This document shows, piece after piece, positions 58,324-64,000 of a DNA stretch of 64,000 bases; within the stretch, counting starts at the first letter, position 1, and each line of letters begins with the position of its first letter. The stretch spans positions 704,001 to 768,000 of the forward strand of contig CBDCJH010000002.1 in NCBI GenBank assembly GCA_965217775.1, written 5' to 3'. This stretch comes from Acidobacteriota bacterium (lineage in GTDB: Bacteria > Acidobacteriota > UBA6911 > RPQK01 > JAJDTT01). The notes under the pieces were generated by a model that was given only the letters and a program-made list of their open reading frames with translations, ran no database searches and was not told where the DNA came from. The position numbers were made by a program, and so were the translations under genes.

Positions 58324-59424
58324 ATGGGGATCAAGGTCGGCATCCTGGGCACTCGCGGGATTCCCGCCAACTACGGTGGATTCGAGACCTTTGCCGAGGA
58401 GTTGGCGGTCCGTCTGGTCCGCCGGGGGCACCAGGTCACGGTCTACGGGCGGAGCCATTTCGTGGATCCGAAGCTCACGTCCTACAAGGGAGTGCGCATA
58501 CGGGTCCTGCCTGCGATCCGGCACAAGTACCTGGAGACGGTCTCCCACACTGCCCTTTCCGTCTGGTCCGCCTGTTTTCGAGGCTACGACGTCTACCTGG
58601 TGTGCAACGCTGCCAATGCCTTCCTCTGTTGGCTCCCCCGTTTGGCGGGGCAGAAGGTGGTGCTCAACGTGGACGGCATCGAACGAAAGAGGAAAAAGTG
58701 GAACTGGGCCGGCCGGACCTTCCATCGAATGGGCGAGTCCCTGGCCGTCCGTTTTCCCGATTGCTTCGTGACCGACGCCAGGACGACCCAGGAGTACTAT
58801 CGGCGCCGTTACGGCCGGGAATCGCCGTTCATTCCGTACGGGGCGCCGGTGGGTCGCCTGGAGAGCCGTGAGGTCCTGTCGCAACTGGGCCTGGAGCCAA
58901 ATCGGTATCTGTTGTTCGTGAGCCGGCTGGAACCGGAGAACAACGCCCATCGGGTGATCCGCGCCTATCGGGAATCGGGCCTGGAGATCCCGCTGGTGGT
59001 GGTGGGCGACGCACCTTACAACCGTCCCTACATCGACCATCTGCGGCAGTTGGCGCTCGGGACCAACGTCCTGTTGCCGGGAGCCATTTACGGCCAGGGG
59101 TACCGGGAACTCCTCTCCCACTGCCGCTGCTACGTCTACGGGGGGGAGATCGGCGGGATCCATCCCGGTTTGCTGGAGGCCATGGGAGCCGGTTGCCTGG
59201 TCCTGGTCAACGACATCCCGGAGAACCGGGAGGCCGTGGGCGACGCCGGTATCTTCTACCCCTTCAACCAGGAGGAACGGCTCGCCCAACTCATGGCCAG
59301 GGTCTGCGGGAGGCCTGAAGATTACCGGGAACTGCGGAAGGCGGCGGAGGATCGGGTTCGTCGCCGGTTCGACTGGGAGCGAATCACCGAGCAGTATGAG
59401 GAGTTGTTCTACGGGCTACTGTGA
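58324..59424 (+). CDS. GT4 glycosyltransferase (DUF1972 type)
   Basis: GTRGIPANYGGFETFAE, NVDGIE, SRLEPENN and HPGLLEAM. Confidence 0.92.
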   Translation: MGIKVGILGTRGIPANYGGFETFAEELAVRLVRRGHQVTVYGRSHFVDPKLTSYKGVRIRVLPAIRHKYLETVSHTALSVWSACFRGYDVYLVCNAANAFLCWLPRLAGQKVVLNVDGIERKRKKWNWAGRTFHRMGESLAVRFPDCFVTDARTTQEYYRRRYGRESPFIPYGAPVGRLESREVLSQLGLEPNRYLLFVSRLEPENNAHRVIRAYRESGLEIPLVVVGDAPYNRPYIDHLRQLALGTNVLLPGAIYGQGYRELLSHCRCYVYGGEIGGIHPGLLEAMGAGCLVLVNDIPENREAVGDAGIFYPFNQEERLAQLMARVCGRPEDYRELRKAAEDRVRRRFDWERITEQYEELFYGLL

Positions 59425-59442
59425 CTTCGCCGCGGCGTCACC

Positions 59443-60711
59443 CTATGCCTCGACCATCTCCTCGTTCTCGGAATCCCAGGTCATGAGCTTCCTTCGAGCC
59501 CAAGACTCGTTGCACATGACCACGGCGACCACTCCTCGCATGCCCAACTCGGCCGGACACGCCAGTTTCTTGCCGTCCCGAATGGCCGACTGCAGGTTGC
59601 GATGGTGGAGCGCCATGTCCTCGGCGCCCGTCTTCCTGTGGGTGTCCACGACCTTGCCGGTTTTCTGATCCAGGATCTTCCAACCTCTCTTGGTGAAGAG
59701 CAGGGTGGCCTTGTGTCCGCGGATACAGTGCTCGACACCGTGCTTGTTCGCCATGGTGCCCAGCATGTGAAGCGTCATCCCATTGGTGATTCCTTTCACC
59801 GCGGGATATTCGGCGATCATCTCCAGGTTGTCGGGCACGTCCCGGCCGTCGTCCCAGATGTAGATTCCCCCCAGCCCCGCTACCGAGTTCGGATACGTCA
59901 GTTCGCAGGCTTTCAGCACACGGGTGAGACGGTGAATGAACAGGTCCGTCGAGATCCCTCCCGAGTAGTCCCTGTAGTTGCGCCACTCGAAGTAGCGGTG
60001 GGGGGACCAGGGACGCTTGGTCGCCGGCCCCAGCCAGCGGTTCCAGTCCAGATCCGGAGGTTTCGGTGCGTTGGAGCGGATGCCCCTGCGCCAGGGCCCC
60101 TTATGGAGCGGGTGATTGCGGACATACTCCATCTGGGCTTCCACTACGGTGCCCAGCTTGCCGGCCCGGATGGCCCGATTGGCGCTGGAGTAGCTGTTGT
60201 CGCTCATCCCCTGGACACCGACCTGCATCTTGAGACCCGTCTCCCGGACCCGTCGAACCACCTCCTGAGATTCGGGAATGGTGTGGGTCATGGGCTTTTC
60301 GCAATAGACGTGCTTTCCCGCGTCCAGTGCGTCCAGGGTTTGCCGGTGGTGCCAGTGCTCCGGCGTGGCGATGACGACGTAATCCACGTCCTTCATCTCC
60401 AGCAGGTCCTGGTGGTGGACCTTTTCGACGGCTCTCCCACCCGCCTTCGAGATCCGATCCTGGAACTTCCGGGCCCGGCTCCGGTAGACGTCCGACACGG
60501 CCACCACCTCGACGTTGGCGCTCTCGGACATCTTCAGCAGCTTGGGCAGGTGGTGGCTGCCGGCGATCTTTCCGCAGCCGATGATGCCGATGCGGAGCCG
60601 ATGATTGGCCCCCAGGACCCGCCCGTAGCTTCGAGCCGAGAGAGCGGCAGCGGTGAGTGCGGTTTTCCGGAAGAATCCTCTTCGATCGAACTCTGATTTC
60701 TTGAGTGGCAT
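59443..60711 (-). CDS. Tat-exported Gfo/Idh/MocA oxidoreductase
   Basis: DRRGFF twin-arginine motif; GIIGCG, IATPEHWH and YCEKPM. Confidence 0.92.
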   Translation of the reverse strand: MPLKKSEFDRRGFFRKTALTAAALSARSYGRVLGANHRLRIGIIGCGKIAGSHHLPKLLKMSESANVEVVAVSDVYRSRARKFQDRISKAGGRAVEKVHHQDLLEMKDVDYVVIATPEHWHHRQTLDALDAGKHVYCEKPMTHTIPESQEVVRRVRETGLKMQVGVQGMSDNSYSSANRAIRAGKLGTVVEAQMEYVRNHPLHKGPWRRGIRSNAPKPPDLDWNRWLGPATKRPWSPHRYFEWRNYRDYSGGISTDLFIHRLTRVLKACELTYPNSVAGLGGIYIWDDGRDVPDNLEMIAEYPAVKGITNGMTLHMLGTMANKHGVEHCIRGHKATLLFTKRGWKILDQKTGKVVDTHRKTGAEDMALHHRNLQSAIRDGKKLACPAELGMRGVVAVVMCNESWARRKLMTWDSENEEMVEA

Positions 60712-60757
60712 GGCCTGACCACTATAGTCCCGTGCGCCGACAAAAAGGAAGATGCGG

Positions 60758-60896
60758 GGAGCGGCGACTTTCTTGTCGCCGACCAGAGGGGGTTAGGGGG
60801 TTCGGAGTCCCCCCTCTACACTTTCCATTGGTGGAATGGAAGACGGGGCGACTGGAAATCGCCCTTCCGGGTGGGCGACTGGGAAGTCGCCCCTCC
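60758..60896. repeat. REP-like cluster; 60758-60827 is an inverted homolog of 2660-2727
   Basis: GGAGCGGCGACTTTCTTGTCGCCG plus two GGGCGACT...TCGCCC hairpins. Confidence 0.85.
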
Positions 60897-60906
60897 GTGC
60901 GCCGGC

Positions 60907-61677
60907 CTAACTGAACACCCGGCCGCCACAGACGTTGATGGACTGCCCGTTGATGCCTCTGGCTTCGTCCCGGGCCAGTTGAACGGCCAGGATGGCGACC
61001 TCCTCGGGTACCAGGCGGCGGCCCAAAGGCGTGGATTCCTTCTCCAACTGTTCGAAGCTGACTCCCAGCCGTTGCGAGTCGTACTCCAGGCGCCGGTCGT
61101 TGAGGCGGGAGCGCGTCACGCCGGGACAGACGGCATTGGCGGTGATCCCGTGGGGGGCTCCTTCCACGGCCGTGCTGCGGGTCAACCCCAACAGGCCGTG
61201 CTTGCTGGCGCCATAGGCGGCGGCGTGCTCGTTTCCGATCCTGCCGGCGATGGACGAGACATTGATGATTCGTCCCCATCCCTGGTCCATCATGGAAGGG
61301 AGGACCAGCTTGGTGAGGAGGTAGGGAGCGGTCAGGTTGACCCTGAGCGTCAGGTCCCAGAAGTCGTCGTCGAAATCGACCAGGGCTTTGGGATTCTGAC
61401 TGCTTCCCACGCCGGCGTTGTTGACCAGGATCTCGATGGGACCCCAGGTCTCGGTGACGGTTCGGACGATGCGGGCCGGCGCCGATCGGTCGGACAGGTC
61501 GCCGGGGACCACCAGTGCGTCTCCACCCCCGGCTTTCACTTCCCGGGCCAAATTCTCCAGCTCGTCCACGCTGCGCGCGGTGACGGCGACTCGGGCACCT
61601 TCGGCGGCGAGTCCGACCGCGATAGCGCGTCCGATGCCACGGCCGGCCCCGGTCACTAAGGAAATGCGATTCACCAT
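60907..61677 (-). CDS. Short-chain dehydrogenase/reductase
   Basis: TGAGRGIG, NNAG and YGASK. Confidence 0.94.
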   Translation of the reverse strand: MVNRISLVTGAGRGIGRAIAVGLAAEGARVAVTARSVDELENLAREVKAGGGDALVVPGDLSDRSAPARIVRTVTETWGPIEILVNNAGVGSSQNPKALVDFDDDFWDLTLRVNLTAPYLLTKLVLPSMMDQGWGRIINVSSIAGRIGNEHAAAYGASKHGLLGLTRSTAVEGAPHGITANAVCPGVTRSRLNDRRLEYDSQRLGVSFEQLEKESTPLGRRLVPEEVAILAVQLARDEARGINGQSINVCGGRVFS

Positions 61678-61713
61678 GGGATCAGTCCCCCCTCTTGGGA
61701 GTGCGGTGCGGGT

Positions 61714-63660
61714 TCACTCGGGGAAGAAGCTCAAGTCCCAGTCGCCCAATTTTCGCAGTCGTGAGAAGGGCAGCACTTCCGCAGGCTGTCCCGCTCTCAG
61801 CCAGGCGGCGATCTCTTCGGCGTGTCCGAGGCGTCGCAGGGCCAGTGAGGAGGCGCTGCCGTGGATGACCGTGTCCCAGAAAGCCAAATACTCGACTCCC
61901 GAGCCGTACAAGGCATGGGCCTTTCGCCGGTATTCAGCCACCGGCAGGTTGCGGGGCATGACGTTCAGGGCGAGCTTGGTCCCCGTCCCCCGGGTCAGGG
62001 ACAACCACGCGGCCACGTCCTGCGGGTCCTCCCAAGACGGCTGCCAACTGAAGAGGTGTTTGGCCGACGAGTAGGGGATCAGAGTGTCCACCAGCCCCTC
62101 CCGCACCCAGGTCTCGGGATCCAATCCGAATTCCAGGTTCTCCTCCAGGCTGCCGAAGACCCAGGCCGTGATCTCGTAGGGCTGGTCACGGCCCTGCTCC
62201 CGGGCCGATTCTTCCAGCGTCCGGCGCAGGTCCTTCATGAATTGGGTGGCGGCCCGGCTCCGGTAGGCCAACCAGTCGCGCCACTCCGGGCCCTGCTCGT
62301 CCAGCTCCCTGGGGTCCTTGCCGAACTCTCCTTGAAAACCCTCCACCAGGGGAGCTTCATACTCGACGTACGGGGGCTGGCGGTTGTAGAGGATGGCGAT
62401 GCCGTCGACGGAATAGGCGGCCATCTCCCGCACGAAACTCAGCATGTAGTCTCGAACTCCCGGAAAGGCCAGAGACATGGCGGTCCCGGGCGTGCCGTCC
62501 CGGCGCACGGTCCTCCACTCGGGATGCCGGTCCCAGAAGCCTCCCCGGTTGAAGGCTTCCCAGGGCGGCGGCCAGTAGAAGGGTCCCCACCCCAGCCGGT
62601 AGTTGGCGTGGATCTCGAGACCCATCTCGTGGGCGGCGTCGACCGCCACCTGGAGGGGGTCGATGCCCTTCTCCACGTATTCGGTCCAGGTCTCGACCAG
62701 CAGCCGGTCGCCTATCCTGACGAAATCCTCCAGAGGATAGTGTTCCCGGGTCCACATCCTTCCGACTTTGGTGAAATAGTTGCAGACGTCCCCGTGGATC
62801 CCGTCCCAGTAGATCCGACGGAAGTCGGTGTCGCGATAGGGTTCCAGGTGCGAGCGGACGAACTCGGCCGAGGCCGGCTCCGCGCGCCCCCAGGCCACGG
62901 CCCAGGAGTCGTTGTAGCCGAAGAGCCGGCGGGTGCCGGTACGCGCCTGATCCTGATCGAGGGTTGCCACCTCTTCCGAATTCAGCGGTACCAGCTTGAC
63001 ATAGGCGATCCAGGCCTTCTCGCAGGGGTTGCCGTACTCCTGGTCCGGCGGGACGACCCGTTGGCAGGGTTGCCGCAAGATGAGGTCCTGTCCGCTCAGA
63101 TCGGCGGTCTTGAAATAGACGTCCTGAATCCGGGGCCCCCGGACGGTGTCGTCCTCAGGCACCCCCGAGGCCAGGCCCTCCGGAGCCGGCAGGAACAGCG
63201 TCGAAAAAGCCGGGTCGCCACTCAGCTTGGCCCGCACGTTCAGGTTCTGGTAGGGTCTCCAGGCGGTATTGAACATGCCGACGTAGACGTCGTGGACGCC
63301 CGTCGTGTCCAGACCTAGAGTCAGGTCGGGCGCCTGCGCCTCCTCTCCCGCAAAGACCAGGGTTCCCTTGAAGTCCTCGGTTTCGTAGTCGATGAGTCTC
63401 CAGGCGAAGCGTTTCTCCTGGCGGGTCAGGGCCGAGGCCGGCTGGGCCCGGCTGAGATCGGTGAAGTAGATGGGAGTTTCGGTCCGATGGAAGATGGGGA
63501 GTCGGCCGTCCTCCCGAGTCTCGACCGGCGCCGGTTGAGTACAGGCCGGGAATAGAATTGCAGCGGCCAGGACCATGAAGGACAGGGCCCGGTTGCCGGA
63601 GCCGTCCGAAGCGGCGGTGAGATGCTTCCGGTCGGACACGATTTCCGGCTTCATGATCAC
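61714..63660 (-). CDS. Putative lipoprotein with glycoside-hydrolase-like TIM barrel (GHL10-like)
   Basis: Lipobox-like ILFPA-C; DPLQVAVDAAHEMGL, HPEW, VDGI, DPETWVREGLVD; true start may lie downstream (e.g. 63576). Confidence 0.65.
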   Translation of the reverse strand: MIMKPEIVSDRKHLTAASDGSGNRALSFMVLAAAILFPACTQPAPVETREDGRLPIFHRTETPIYFTDLSRAQPASALTRQEKRFAWRLIDYETEDFKGTLVFAGEEAQAPDLTLGLDTTGVHDVYVGMFNTAWRPYQNLNVRAKLSGDPAFSTLFLPAPEGLASGVPEDDTVRGPRIQDVYFKTADLSGQDLILRQPCQRVVPPDQEYGNPCEKAWIAYVKLVPLNSEEVATLDQDQARTGTRRLFGYNDSWAVAWGRAEPASAEFVRSHLEPYRDTDFRRIYWDGIHGDVCNYFTKVGRMWTREHYPLEDFVRIGDRLLVETWTEYVEKGIDPLQVAVDAAHEMGLEIHANYRLGWGPFYWPPPWEAFNRGGFWDRHPEWRTVRRDGTPGTAMSLAFPGVRDYMLSFVREMAAYSVDGIAILYNRQPPYVEYEAPLVEGFQGEFGKDPRELDEQGPEWRDWLAYRSRAATQFMKDLRRTLEESAREQGRDQPYEITAWVFGSLEENLEFGLDPETWVREGLVDTLIPYSSAKHLFSWQPSWEDPQDVAAWLSLTRGTGTKLALNVMPRNLPVAEYRRKAHALYGSGVEYLAFWDTVIHGSASSLALRRLGHAEEIAAWLRAGQPAEVLPFSRLRKLGDWDLSFFPE

Positions 63661-63666
63661 TGTCCT

Positions 63667-64000
63667 CTATTTTTCGGTCTGGCTCTCCTCAAGGATCCAT
63701 TCGGTCAGGAGTTGGAGCTCCTGGTTTCGGAGCCGGTGGGCGAACTTCGGCATCCCGGAATTCTGGTTACCGTAGAAACGAGGTTGGGAAGAATCCCTGA
63801 TGATTCCGTCCAGCCACTCCGCAGAACCATATCCGGTCAGGTCCGGTCCCAGGGCCATTCCCGACCCCGAAACCTCCGGGTGGTCGAGTTGATGGCACAT
63901 GATGCAACCTTGAGCCCCTTCTGAATTTCCTGACGAGAAAACGTGCGCTCCGAGCGCCATGAGTTCCGGGTCCGCCGCCGCTGATTCGGAATCTCTCGTC
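63667..64000 (-). CDS. Protein with C-terminal c-type cytochrome domain (5' part outside window)
   Basis: CIMCH, GPDLTGYGS and MPKF axial Met. Confidence 0.8.
   Translation of the reverse strand, partial: TRDSESAAADPELMALGAHVFSSGNSEGAQGCIMCHQLDHPEVSGSGMALGPDLTGYGSAEWLDGIIRDSSQPRFYGNQNSGMPKFAHRLRNQELQLLTEWILEESQTEK

Overview
GC-rich bacterial chromosomal segment. An Acidobacteriota-like lineage, possibly a marine or sponge symbiont, is inferred only from gene style. Two housekeeping/metabolic flanks surround a ~31-kb accessory region that begins just after tRNA-Ala(GGC). The left flank holds an aldo/keto reductase, an SSS symporter, a class III aminotransferase, xylAB and pdxH. The right flank holds an aquaporin, nfo, ubiD, lysA, an FG-GAP protein, an O-antigen ligase, arfB, a GT4 and oxidoreductases. 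The accessory region contains (i) a 4908-aa modular surface protease/adhesin and (ii) a collapsed DISARM-class-I-like defence operon. Its core genes (SNF2 helicase, adenine MTase, helicase tail) are broken by deletions, duplications and a nonsense codon in the catalytic motif, while passenger genes are intact: an ABC-ATPase-TOPRIM, two Schlafen/AlbA_2-HATPase proteins and several toxin-antitoxin pairs. The best candidate for an undescribed system is the repeated ATPase-TOPRIM + AlbA_2 module. Also present: a 158-bp MITE in two copies, REP-like palindrome families, a candidate ~97-nt structured ncRNA, and a C-terminal domain shared by secreted proteins. No CRISPR array, integrase or transposase was seen. 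All family assignments come from motif recognition, not database searches.
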